Shown here: piece by piece, positions 26,136 through 35,326 of the stretch | Layout: every line of letters starts with the position of its first letter | Position numbering within the stretch: the first letter of the stretch is position 1 | Virus record (IMG/VR): IMGVR_UViG_3300043414_000666 | Span: 1-39,689 of that record | Direction: 5' to 3' (one strand) | Length of the DNA: 39,689 nucleotides | DNA from: a virus | Lineage: Duplodnaviria > Caudoviricetes | The notes under the pieces: model-generated | Told to the model about the DNA's origin: nothing | The model's database searches: none | The model's input: the letters and a program-made list of their open reading frames with translations, nothing else | Position numbers and translations under genes: made by a program

Positions 26136-27035
26136 ATGGGTTTAATTAAAGACATTTATGATATGAGCAGGCAGTCCGACATGGATGCCTTTAACGAGAA
26201 GAAGTTCAATGCGGAAATGGAACTCAAGCAGAAGTATTACGAAAAGCAGATGCAGGCATACAATGAACGCAACACTAGGAAAGAAGCTGTATATGCAGGG
26301 ATTCAGGAACTTGGTGAACTAGACAAAACAATCGGCGAGACGAGCTTTCAGAAAACAATGCTCGAGCAGAAGCTACAAAAATCTGCCCTCGATAATCCCG
26401 AGGAAGCCAAACAGTTCATGCTTGAGGGGCAAGTGTTGGCTAAAAGACTTCAGGACCTAAACAATGTTCGGAAGGTCAAGGGAGCAGAACTTACCTACCG
26501 ATCAATCGACGGAGAGTTTGCAAAAGCGAAAGCCTTGGACTTGGCGGATTTCTTGAATGGGAAGGAGCCCTCCGAATCCGGAATGGCAACAGTAACCAAA
26601 AAGCGCAAGGTTCTCGACGAGAACGGCATGGATACGGGTGAGACTGAGACAGTGAGCATGAAAGTCCCGCAGTCGCAGGCCGGATATGGTGGTTATGTTG
26701 GTGGCGAGGCTCAGGCACCGAAACAAGCTGGGTACAATCCATATTCAATGGCAGGGGCTATTGTGGATTCTTCCGCTCCTATTGGTAACGCTACTCCCGA
26801 ATATGCAATGCCCATGTATAGGAATCGGTCAGAGAATCAGTTAATGACTGATGTGGCGAATGTTCCGGTAGGTGGTCAAACGCCTCAACCTACGCAGGCT
26901 ACACAAGCCAAGCCTCAGGCTGACACTGAAGCAGTAAGGCAACAGGCTTTGAGCGCAATGTCTCGAGCGCAAACGCCGGAGCAACGTCAAAAGATTAAGG
27001 ATCGTGCGGCCCAAATGGGAGTCAACCTTCCATAA
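26136..27035 (+). CDS. Putative internal virion protein
   Basis: Coiled coil, then Q/P/A-rich; AAGGAG RBS; position. Confidence 0.7.
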   Translation: MGLIKDIYDMSRQSDMDAFNEKKFNAEMELKQKYYEKQMQAYNERNTRKEAVYAGIQELGELDKTIGETSFQKTMLEQKLQKSALDNPEEAKQFMLEGQVLAKRLQDLNNVRKVKGAELTYRSIDGEFAKAKALDLADFLNGKEPSESGMATVTKKRKVLDENGMDTGETETVSMKVPQSQAGYGGYVGGEAQAPKQAGYNPYSMAGAIVDSSAPIGNATPEYAMPMYRNRSENQLMTDVANVPVGGQTPQPTQATQAKPQADTEAVRQQALSAMSRAQTPEQRQKIKDRAAQMGVNLP

Positions 27036-27038
27036 CGT

Positions 27039-30000
27039 GTGGGCATATTCGACGATATATTAGAAGAGAAGAAAAGGCCGGAGGAAACTCCGAAGCCTAA
27101 GGGTTTATTTGACGATATAGTAGGGGCTGAAGAAAATCCTCAGCCTCAGCCTCAAGCCAAGCAGGAGGCAACTCCGGTTGTAGAACCTAAGGCAGTAGGC
27201 ATATTTGACGATATTGTTGGGTCGGGTGGTGGTGGCGGCCTTCGCCCCATGACTGAATATCAGGAGCCTCGCAAGGATGATTCCACTTTTGCAGGAGCCC
27301 TAGGTCGAGGAGCGGCACGTTCCGCTATTCCTACGGGTGCTGGTATTGTTGGTGGAGCATTGAGCGGAGCCGCAATCGGAGCCGTTATGACTGGTCCCGC
27401 CGCTCCTGTGGGGGCGGCAATCGGTGGTCTTGCTGGTGGTGTCCTAGCCTCGATGGGGGCGGAGGCCTTGCAGGAATACGGGATGGACAAGATTCTCTCT
27501 CCTGAAACCAAGAAGGCGATTGACGATCAGTTTAAGAAGGATGCAGAACAACAACCCGTAGCCTCTTTTGTCGGGCAAGTGGCTCCTTCCGTGGCTTTCT
27601 TTAGGCCTAGCCCTAGCAACCTCTCTAAAGCCGGAACCTTTGCAAAACAGATCATCTCCGGTGAGATTACTAAAGAGGCGATGGAGAATCCTGCCGTGAG
27701 GGAGCAGGCCTCGAACCTTCTTAATGTTGCATTCAATACAGGAACTCAGGGAGGCTTGGAGGCCTATAATCAATTTCAACAAGGGGACTTCAATCCCCTT
27801 AGGCTTGGGGCAAGCCTTGTGGTGGGAGCCCTTAATACTGAACCAACAAGACTAGGCAAGATGGCAACCGCTCCTTCCGAAAGAGTGGCGGAGGCTATTC
27901 AGGCTAGGAGGAATGCTTCCGAGTCACAACCGCAGTCACCCGAGTCCGATGTGCAGAATCAGGGGAATGCAGAATCAAGCCCTGCTCAAATCAATCAGGA
28001 GCAATCTCCTGTTCCAGATAGATCCGAGCTAGTCCTGTCTCCATTCAAGAAGGCAAGACTAACCAAGCTGGATGGGATTGAAAAAGACTTACGGGCCAAG
28101 AGGGATGCTGAGGTTCAGAACTTGGATCAGGATCAGCCAAGCAACCCTTCTTATTACGATGAAAGAATAGATGAAGTTAAGGCTGAAAGGGAGAGATTGC
28201 TTAGGTCAGAGGAAAGGCCCTCCAAGTCTTTTGAGGAAGATGCGATTGAGCCTAGCGAAATTGGTTACGACATTATTGACTTCATCGAGGAGCAGGGAGG
28301 GATGCTTTCCAAGGGAAGGGCAATCCGGAACCGGAACATTGATTTATATGGAAAGAATAATGGTCCATCTATCCTCAGGTTAAGCGAATCCAAGGCTCCG
28401 GCTGAGTACGATGGGATGCCTAATCTAAAAGGCCCATATAAGAAACTACTGAAGGGGACAACTCCGGTGGACGAGATCGCTCAATCTGCCTATGAGCAGT
28501 TGGGGATTGGGGATGGAACGAGTGGCGGATTATGGAGTGCGATTGATAAGGCAATTACTTCAAGGAAGAAGGCTTCCGACATAGATAACTCGATCAAAGT
28601 TAACGACAAACAGAGGCAGGCCTTCAGTTCCGAGATTCTAAAACCCAAGGAAGGTCAGACATCATTCAAGACCGCAGACTTGCAGATTGGTGACATCATT
28701 CGTAGCGGTAAGAACTATTTTCAAGTATTGGACATCCATCCCGAAAACTACTCAAGGACTATAAAGGGGCCTGAGGAGTTTGGGACTAGGACGATCAAGG
28801 AAGATTCAATTATTTTTGCGGATCAGGCTACAAACGCAGACGGAGATCCGCTTCAGGGAGTGAAAGTCAGGAATGCGAAGTTTGAGGGAATCAAGACTCA
28901 GATGCCACTCGAGCAGAAAATCGCCCAATTCAAGGGTACGGATACTGAAAGCGGGAATACTGGTGAACGTCCGACTTTCAGGGAAAGACTGCAAGGAGTT
29001 AAGAATGTTCTTTCCGAAAGGCTTACTGATTTCCGCCGGATGTTCCAAGACAAGTTCGTGGATGTGGAGAACTTACAAAAAGATGTGAGCAGAAGATCCG
29101 GAAGGCCGATTGCCGAGAATGCAAACCTAAAGCAAAGGGAAGAACTTTATCACGGAAGAGTAGGTGAGAGGATAGGAGATTTTGAGGACACGAAGGTTAC
29201 TCCATTGCTGGATGATTTGCGTAAGAGCGGAGTGGATCGTAAGGACTTTGAGTTATATGCGCTAGCCAAGCATGGCAGAGAGAGGAATACGGTCATTGCT
29301 CAGAGAGATGTCAACAAGCCGGATGGTGGAAGCGGTTTAACGAATGCTGAAATATCTAGGATACTAGATGGGAATAATCCCCTGATACCAAAAGCTGTGC
29401 AGGCAAAAATGGAGCCGATCCGCCAAAAGCTAGTTGCGATCAATAAGTCAACTCTTCGCAATCTATGGGAGGGTGGTCTTATTTCAGGCGAAACCTACGA
29501 CCTATTATCAAATAGGTTCACAGACTACGTTCCCCTTGTTGGGAAGGCGGGTGCTACGGATGTTGAGGTTGAGGGTACTATGGGTACAGGAGCGGGTTAT
29601 GATGTCAGGGGTAACGACATTAAGATTGCCGAAGGAAGAAGCACGATAGCTCCCGATCCTTTAGCCTACTCTCTTCAGCTTCACAGGGATTCCATTATCA
29701 GGGCGGAGAAAAACAGGGTCATGCAGACTGCGGCTCAGTTTGCCACTAGATACAGGGATAACGGGATTATCGAAGTAGTTCAGAAGGGTGATATTGGTAG
29801 CGCAAACGATAAAGACATCATCGCTTTCAAGGAAAATGGGGAAACAAAGTATCTCAGGATCAACGATCCAAGACTTGCCGATGTAATGAAGAACAGGGCT
29901 AGCGTCACAACAGGTCCGATTATTCAATTTCTATCAAAGATGAATCGGTGGTTTGCCTATGTGAATACTCAAGCCTCACCGGAGTTTGTCGTAGCCAACT

Positions 30001-31604
30001 TTGCTCGAGACTTGCAAACGGCTTTGGTCAATATCAGCGGAGAGAATGCAAAGGGATTGGCATCAAGCCTGATTAAGAGCGTTCCAGATGCGCTTAAAGC
30101 AACCTATCGGGCTGAGATGGGTAAGCCTGATATGAACGGAAAGATGGATGTCTATTACAAAGAGTTCAAGGAAGCCGGAGGGAGGATGACTTTCTTCGGG
30201 CTCAAGGATCTTGCGGCTACTCAGACCGATATTCAGAAGGCTTTGGGTAATGGTGGATTCAGGAATGCGACAAAGGTGTTTAAGGTTGCTTTGGATAAGT
30301 TGGCTAGGCTCAACTCCGCAGTAGAAAATGCAACTAGGCTTGCAACATATTCTGCGCTTCGTGAGAACGGGTATTCGGTTCAGAAGGCCGCTTATGCGGC
30401 TCGTAACATAACGGTCAATTTCACTAGGAAGGGTACTGCGGGACCTCTCCTTAATTCGATCTACCTATTTGCAAATGCCAACATCCAAGGAACTGCTCGA
30501 ATCTTTCAGGCAGTAGCCACGAGCCCGAAAGTAAGGAAGATCCTTACGGGGGTTATGGTTGCAGGGTATTTTCGGTCAATGGCAAACCGGATTATCGGAG
30601 GGGAGGATGAGTCCGGAGAGTCCTACTACGACAAGATCCCTCAGTATGTGAAGGAGACAAACTTTATCATCATGAGGCCGGACATTAAGGGGAGATATTT
30701 CAGCATTCCTATGCCCTACGGGTATTCCGTTGCAGACTATACTGGTCAGCTTCTCAGCGAGGTAAGCCCCAAGGAGGCATTTGGCGGGGGAGCCTCAAAG
30801 TCTCAGGCCCTAGGAAAGCTAGCGGGAGCTATGCTCGATAACTTCAACCCACTAGGCGCATCCAAGTCTCTGCTTCAGACGATTTCACCCACAATCCTAA
30901 CTCCAATCACCGACTACGCATTGAATATGGATTATTCCGGCAGGCCAATCATGCCTACCCCAAGCCCATTCGACGCAACTCCTCCTCCAAACTCGCAAAG
31001 GTATTGGAGTAATGTTGGGCCGATCCCAAAAGCTATCGCGCAGAAGCTCAATGAGCTAACGGGAGGGAATGAGGTGAGGTCTGGTGCTATCGACATAAGC
31101 CCCGAAACTATTGGACAGGTTTTTGATTTCTTCACCGGATCGGCGGGGAAGTTTGCGGAGAGGCTTGTCAACCTTCCTCGAGGAGTTCTGAAAGCTAGTC
31201 AGGGTCAGATAGAATGGAGTGATATGATTGGTGACATCCCGATGACTCGCAAGGTTTATAAGGCAGTGCCTTCGTATGTTGACACGGTCCGTTATCAAGA
31301 CTTACGAAAAGAGATTCTTACGGTTGCTGACGAAGTTAAGTTGGCTCAGACAACAAGAGACACGAAAAGACTTTCCGAGATCCGCTCCTCCGCATCCTCT
31401 GAATTGAAAATGGTGGAGATGGTTAAGTCCACGGAGCAGTCCCTCAAGGAACTCCGAACAGAGAGGACGCGACTAAAATCAGTTCTCGAGAAGGGGGATA
31501 ATCCTGCAATTCAAAAGAGGATCGACAAGAATAACGAGACTCAGAAAGCATTGATGATGAGAGTGTTAAAAAGGTACAACACTCTTATTGACGAAAAAGT
31601 GTAA
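27039..31604 (+). CDS. Large internal virion/ejection protein with C-terminal LPD38-like domain
   Basis: 1521 aa; three G(I/L)FDDI repeats, Gly/Ala hydrophobic hairpin, NITVNFTRKG, LFANANIQG, YDKIPQYVKETN, IPMPYG motifs. Confidence 0.82.
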   Translation: MGIFDDILEEKKRPEETPKPKGLFDDIVGAEENPQPQPQAKQEATPVVEPKAVGIFDDIVGSGGGGGLRPMTEYQEPRKDDSTFAGALGRGAARSAIPTGAGIVGGALSGAAIGAVMTGPAAPVGAAIGGLAGGVLASMGAEALQEYGMDKILSPETKKAIDDQFKKDAEQQPVASFVGQVAPSVAFFRPSPSNLSKAGTFAKQIISGEITKEAMENPAVREQASNLLNVAFNTGTQGGLEAYNQFQQGDFNPLRLGASLVVGALNTEPTRLGKMATAPSERVAEAIQARRNASESQPQSPESDVQNQGNAESSPAQINQEQSPVPDRSELVLSPFKKARLTKLDGIEKDLRAKRDAEVQNLDQDQPSNPSYYDERIDEVKAERERLLRSEERPSKSFEEDAIEPSEIGYDIIDFIEEQGGMLSKGRAIRNRNIDLYGKNNGPSILRLSESKAPAEYDGMPNLKGPYKKLLKGTTPVDEIAQSAYEQLGIGDGTSGGLWSAIDKAITSRKKASDIDNSIKVNDKQRQAFSSEILKPKEGQTSFKTADLQIGDIIRSGKNYFQVLDIHPENYSRTIKGPEEFGTRTIKEDSIIFADQATNADGDPLQGVKVRNAKFEGIKTQMPLEQKIAQFKGTDTESGNTGERPTFRERLQGVKNVLSERLTDFRRMFQDKFVDVENLQKDVSRRSGRPIAENANLKQREELYHGRVGERIGDFEDTKVTPLLDDLRKSGVDRKDFELYALAKHGRERNTVIAQRDVNKPDGGSGLTNAEISRILDGNNPLIPKAVQAKMEPIRQKLVAINKSTLRNLWEGGLISGETYDLLSNRFTDYVPLVGKAGATDVEVEGTMGTGAGYDVRGNDIKIAEGRSTIAPDPLAYSLQLHRDSIIRAEKNRVMQTAAQFATRYRDNGIIEVVQKGDIGSANDKDIIAFKENGETKYLRINDPRLADVMKNRASVTTGPIIQFLSKMNRWFAYVNTQASPEFVVANFARDLQTALVNISGENAKGLASSLIKSVPDALKATYRAEMGKPDMNGKMDVYYKEFKEAGGRMTFFGLKDLAATQTDIQKALGNGGFRNATKVFKVALDKLARLNSAVENATRLATYSALRENGYSVQKAAYAARNITVNFTRKGTAGPLLNSIYLFANANIQGTARIFQAVATSPKVRKILTGVMVAGYFRSMANRIIGGEDESGESYYDKIPQYVKETNFIIMRPDIKGRYFSIPMPYGYSVADYTGQLLSEVSPKEAFGGGASKSQALGKLAGAMLDNFNPLGASKSLLQTISPTILTPITDYALNMDYSGRPIMPTPSPFDATPPPNSQRYWSNVGPIPKAIAQKLNELTGGNEVRSGAIDISPETIGQVFDFFTGSAGKFAERLVNLPRGVLKASQGQIEWSDMIGDIPMTRKVYKAVPSYVDTVRYQDLRKEILTVADEVKLAQTTRDTKRLSEIRSSASSELKMVEMVKSTEQSLKELRTERTRLKSVLEKGDNPAIQKRIDKNNETQKALMMRVLKRYNTLIDEKV

Positions 31605-31640
31605 CTAGGCTACACAAGTTCCTAGTGCAAGAACCCCAAC

Positions 31641-32021
31641 TTGAAACTATCCAACCGTCAAATCGGATCAGTCGGAGTAGCCAAGGTAACGACTGCCCTG
31701 CTTCAGTGCGGGTATTCGGTTTTGACTCCATCCGAGGATTGCAACGGGTATGACATCGTTGCCGAAAAGGACGGGCAGTTTAACCGTATTCAGGTCAAGT
31801 GTTCGACCAAGAGAGATCCAAGACGGGCGAGATACGCATTTATGACTAGCAAGGGGAATCGGAGCAAGATGCGATACACTAAATCTGTCTGCGACTACAT
31901 TGTGTGCATAGGCCTTCAGGATGATCTTTATTGGATTTTCAAGCCATCGCAAGCGGTAGGTAAAAGCAAGAAGTGTAACGTAGTGACCGGATCAGGCTGG
32001 ACGATTCTTGGCAAGATATGA
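31641..32021 (+). CDS. PD-(D/E)XK endonuclease (group I intron-associated family-like, free-standing)
   Basis: GYSVLTP...GYDIVAEKDG...RIQVK pattern; TTG start. Confidence 0.78.
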   Translation: MKLSNRQIGSVGVAKVTTALLQCGYSVLTPSEDCNGYDIVAEKDGQFNRIQVKCSTKRDPRRARYAFMTSKGNRSKMRYTKSVCDYIVCIGLQDDLYWIFKPSQAVGKSKKCNVVTGSGWTILGKI

Positions 32022-32653
32022 CCAAGACAACCTCCGGCGGGACAATCGTTACGAACTTTGACTTCCCTGAGCAAGTCGAGGAGAAGCCAAAGACAATGGT
32101 ATGTGATGCTATTACCATTCCGGAAGTTTTCGGTCCTATGGAATGCGCCAAGATCATTGAGTATGGGTTAGCTGGGGATGTTACGAAGGGCCTTGGTACA
32201 AAGGACGGGGAGTTCAAGAAAGTCCTTGGACGGAACTGCGAGATTTCGTGGGTTGGTAGGACGGGTTCTACTGAGTGGGTCTTTGACCGCTTAGATAAAG
32301 TCCTCACCGTAATTGGAGGCAAGGTCTATGGGTTCTCCTTGTCTCCTTCCCACACTTTTCAATTCACGATCTATAAGAAGTTTCAGTTTTATAATTGGCA
32401 CTTCGACAATGGAGCCGCCGGAGATGTCCGGAAAGTAGCGATGGTTGTCAACCTATGTAAGCCGGATTCCTACATCGGAGGATCGCTCAAGATCAGGGCT
32501 CATGAATGGCACGATAAGGGAAGGGCTAGGGAGCAGGGATCGGCTACGTTGTTCCCCTGCTATCTCCTCCATAAAGCCTGCCCCGTGTGGTGGGGGACTC
32601 GATATTCTTTGGTTGTATGGGCAACAGGACCAAATAACGGAGGACTAAAATGA
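32018..32653 (+). CDS. 2OG-Fe(II) oxygenase (prolyl-hydroxylase/PKHD type)
   Basis: WHFD (HxD), YIGGSL, LFPCYLLH, GTRYSLVVW. Confidence 0.9.
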   Translation: MTKTTSGGTIVTNFDFPEQVEEKPKTMVCDAITIPEVFGPMECAKIIEYGLAGDVTKGLGTKDGEFKKVLGRNCEISWVGRTGSTEWVFDRLDKVLTVIGGKVYGFSLSPSHTFQFTIYKKFQFYNWHFDNGAAGDVRKVAMVVNLCKPDSYIGGSLKIRAHEWHDKGRAREQGSATLFPCYLLHKACPVWWGTRYSLVVWATGPNNGGLK

Positions 32654-33390
32654 GATCAGTAACGGATGGATTGGCTCGAGGCATGGGTTGGTTCAAACAG
32701 ATTGTTGAGCAAAAGAGGGCGGAGGAGGAGGCCAAGCCAAAGGAGGCTCCGGCACAAAAAGCTGAGGCAGTTCGTCCTGCTACGACCACCTATCGTGGAT
32801 GGTTGCCATCCCGTGATCTTGTTCAGAAGATTGTGGATTGGGAGACTGGCGGACCTCGTTTCTATAACCGCTACTTAACAACACCGGAGAAGCCTGCGAA
32901 TGATTCATCGGGGCTGACCGTTGGTGTCGGCTATGATCTTGGCTATTCCACTCCGGATCAGGTTAAGGCTGATTGGAAGGGCTACATTTCTGATGAGGAC
33001 ATTACGAAACTAGCCTCCGTTGCCGGACTCAAGGGAAGAGAAGCGGCTGGGAAACATCGGGAAGTGGTCGGAGTCACTATCTCCTACGAGGTAGCTTTGG
33101 CGCAATTCACGAAAGTGACTCTCCCTATTTGGCTGATTAAGGCCTATCAGCTTTGGCCTAACTTCGATGCCCTAAATGATCGTCAAAAGACTGCCCTTGT
33201 CAGCCTCACCTACAACCGAGGAACATCTTTAATCGGATCAACTCGATCAGAAATGAAGGAAGTTTATGAAAATCTTGAGCGTGGGAATACTCGTCCGGTT
33301 GCAGGTCTTATTAAGCAGATGGCACTTCGTTCTCCGCTCAAGGGAGTCCAACTCCGGCGTAAGCAAGAGGGTGAATTGTTCGCTAGTTGA
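32650..33390 (+). CDS. Endolysin, T4-lysozyme/pesticin-like muramidase
   Basis: WE catalytic Glu, SGLTVGVGYDLG, ALVSLTYNRG, LRRKQEGELF. Confidence 0.85.
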   Translation: MRSVTDGLARGMGWFKQIVEQKRAEEEAKPKEAPAQKAEAVRPATTTYRGWLPSRDLVQKIVDWETGGPRFYNRYLTTPEKPANDSSGLTVGVGYDLGYSTPDQVKADWKGYISDEDITKLASVAGLKGREAAGKHREVVGVTISYEVALAQFTKVTLPIWLIKAYQLWPNFDALNDRQKTALVSLTYNRGTSLIGSTRSEMKEVYENLERGNTRPVAGLIKQMALRSPLKGVQLRRKQEGELFAS

Positions 33391-33607
33391 CCCTACAAAA
33401 ACCCGACAACTTTAACGTAAGTCGTTGTTTAATAAATAGTATCAAACATTGAGCCTAATTGAGCGTAAGGATGACGATGTCTCTGTTACACACTTGGCTA
33501 TATAATTTTAAGATTACTTTGCTCATTATCGGTTGCCTTGTGTAGTCAATGGTTGCATAAGATTGCTCGTTTTTCGTTAGTTACCCGACAAAAACCCGAC
33601 AGTCTTA
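33390..33607. repeat. Putative attP with arm-type direct repeats
   Basis: ACCC(T/G)ACAAAAACCCGACA at 33390-33408 and 33583-33601 flank an AT-rich spacer downstream of the integrase. Confidence 0.7.
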
Positions 33608-34605
33608 ACTTTTGATAACTTCGATTTTAGCCTCTCTCTCGAGGCATGAGCATACACTTTATGGACTGCTTGCGTATGACCCAAAATAGCCGCCGCATCC
33701 CTCTCCCCAATGCCTTCCTCAAACAATCTTGAGGCCAAGGTATGCCGGAGCCAATGGAACGTAGCGTTAGGCACTCCTGCCTTTGCCACTGCCTGCCTAA
33801 AGCGATCCCGCAGGGCGCACTCGCTAGCGTTTTCCGGAGGATAGTCATCGACGGAGAGGTTCCTGAGGAAGTCACTCAGGGATGGGTGCATTGACTTCAC
33901 AATAGGCCTATCACCCTGCTTCTTCTCCCTAAATCGTATCTCCCCTTGCAGGAAATCAACGTCCTCCCTACGCACCTTCACAGCTTCCGAGATCCTAGCT
34001 CCCGTCCAGATAGCTATCTTGGCGCAAGTGAGCCCCCATCCCGATAGGTGGGAGAAGATTTTCTCTTCTTCCTCGTAGGTCAACCCCCTGCGTTCCTTAC
34101 GAGGGTTGCGATCTCCGGAGATTTTTTTCATCATGGAGTAGGAGAAGAATTGGGCTTTGGAGTATCCCTTTGCCATGACAAACTTCCAGAAGCTCGAGAA
34201 TGAAGCGAACATGGATCTCTTGGTGGAGTAGGATGTGGGCTCAGAATTGAGCGAGGCCACTATCTCCTGAGCGTCTGCTTCGTTGAAATGGGCAACTAGC
34301 TTATCGTTGAATCGAGCTAATCTCTTGGGGACGGTGGATTGGTGATTGGCGAATGTCCCATGCCTAGCGGTTTTACGGTCAATCTCCGTCCATTCTGCAA
34401 TCGCCTCTTTAATGGTGATGGGCTTGACGTATTCCAAGCCAACTGCGATGCAGGCAATTTCCTTCTCTTTGCGAAGGCGGAGTTCGTGGACTTCGATGGG
34501 TGGGGCTTTCCCTTCAGCGCGGAACTTGGTGCTGACTTGCCTCCACTTGCCATCCTGTTGCCATCCTAGATGCCAATACCCACCCCTCCGGAAGAGAGAT
34601 GCCAT
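33577..34605 (-). CDS. int: Tyrosine recombinase (integrase)
   Basis: TGARISE (R), FHWLRHT (HxxR), LGH...VY (H, Y). Confidence 0.95.
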   Translation of the reverse strand: MASLFRRGGYWHLGWQQDGKWRQVSTKFRAEGKAPPIEVHELRLRKEKEIACIAVGLEYVKPITIKEAIAEWTEIDRKTARHGTFANHQSTVPKRLARFNDKLVAHFNEADAQEIVASLNSEPTSYSTKRSMFASFSSFWKFVMAKGYSKAQFFSYSMMKKISGDRNPRKERRGLTYEEEEKIFSHLSGWGLTCAKIAIWTGARISEAVKVRREDVDFLQGEIRFREKKQGDRPIVKSMHPSLSDFLRNLSVDDYPPENASECALRDRFRQAVAKAGVPNATFHWLRHTLASRLFEEGIGERDAAAILGHTQAVHKVYAHASRERLKSKLSKVKTVGFLSGN

Positions 34606-34606
34606 T

Positions 34607-34849
34607 TTATACGATGTCTTTTAAGGCCCGTCCCCGAAGGACGATTGCCGGAGTGTGTGTAGGTCCTGTAAAAATTAAGTCATAGACTGCATTAACAGCT
34701 TCTATTACTACCAAATTACAGGAATAATTCAGTAGCTTGGAAATCTTATCGAGTTTTTCTCGAGTTTCCTTTGGAGCCCTGAATCCTATTGTGTCTGAAA
34801 GGCCTCCTTCTCTCTTGGAAGGAGCCCTGTGTTTGATTTGTTGGTTCAT
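34607..34849 (-). CDS. Putative ribbon-helix-helix regulator
   Basis: TIGFRAPKETREKLDKISKLLNYSCNLVVIEAV fits the Arc/CopG strand-helix-helix pattern; co-oriented with int. Confidence 0.65.
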   Translation of the reverse strand: MNQQIKHRAPSKREGGLSDTIGFRAPKETREKLDKISKLLNYSCNLVVIEAVNAVYDLIFTGPTHTPAIVLRGRALKDIV

Positions 34850-34993
34850 GTAAGAAGATTACATGGTGCGTAGGTAAGGGCGCAACCCTCATAGGGAGAG
34901 TATAAGAATGACTTATATGCATATAAAGGCAAAGTAATACTTACATAGGCTTGTTACATACAGCTTGTAGTCTGCCTTCACAATCTCTAGTCA
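34847..34993. promoter_or_regulatory. Divergent lysis/lysogeny control region
   Basis: Inverted repeat CATGTAA-N5-TTACATG (34847-34865), palindrome TTATATGCATATAA (34913-34926), GCTTGTTACA box 5 (34949-34958). Confidence 0.7.
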
Positions 34994-35326
34994 ATGCGTA
35001 TGGAGAGTGTAGTAGCAATGGGACAAGAACCTAAGGGAGACTGGTGGAATGTGCGGGATGTTGCGTCTTTTTTAGGAATTAAACCATCTTCCGCAAAAGT
35101 ATGGATGTGGCGGAATAATGTTCGTCGTTGCAAAGGCAACAATCGCTTAACTCATAAAAGTTGGGTGGAGGCCTGCCTCGTAAATGGCAAGCGTCCGGAA
35201 AGAAAAAAGCGTGTGACGCTAGATGTCCTAGGTAGGCCGATAGATTTGTCAGTTAAACCAACAACCAACCAAAATAAAGAAGGAGAAGAACAAAGTGAAT
35301 CAAATCATGGCATTGAAATCAGTTAA
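34994..35326 (+). CDS. Excisionase/Cro-like HTH protein
   Basis: WWNVRDVASFLGIKPSSAKVW HTH pattern; divergent from int; start may be 35000 or 35018. Confidence 0.7.
   Translation: MRMESVVAMGQEPKGDWWNVRDVASFLGIKPSSAKVWMWRNNVRRCKGNNRLTHKSWVEACLVNGKRPERKKRVTLDVLGRPIDLSVKPTTNQNKEGEEQSESNHGIEIS

Noticed and set aside
33430-33480. tRNA fragment as att core
   Set aside because: No T-loop (GTTCRA) or acceptor-end pattern recognisable on either strand.
33549-33577. dif-like site (TGGTTGCATAA resembles a XerC arm)
   Set aside because: No XerD arm (TTATGTTAAAT-like) follows at 6-bp spacing, and the phage encodes its own integrase.
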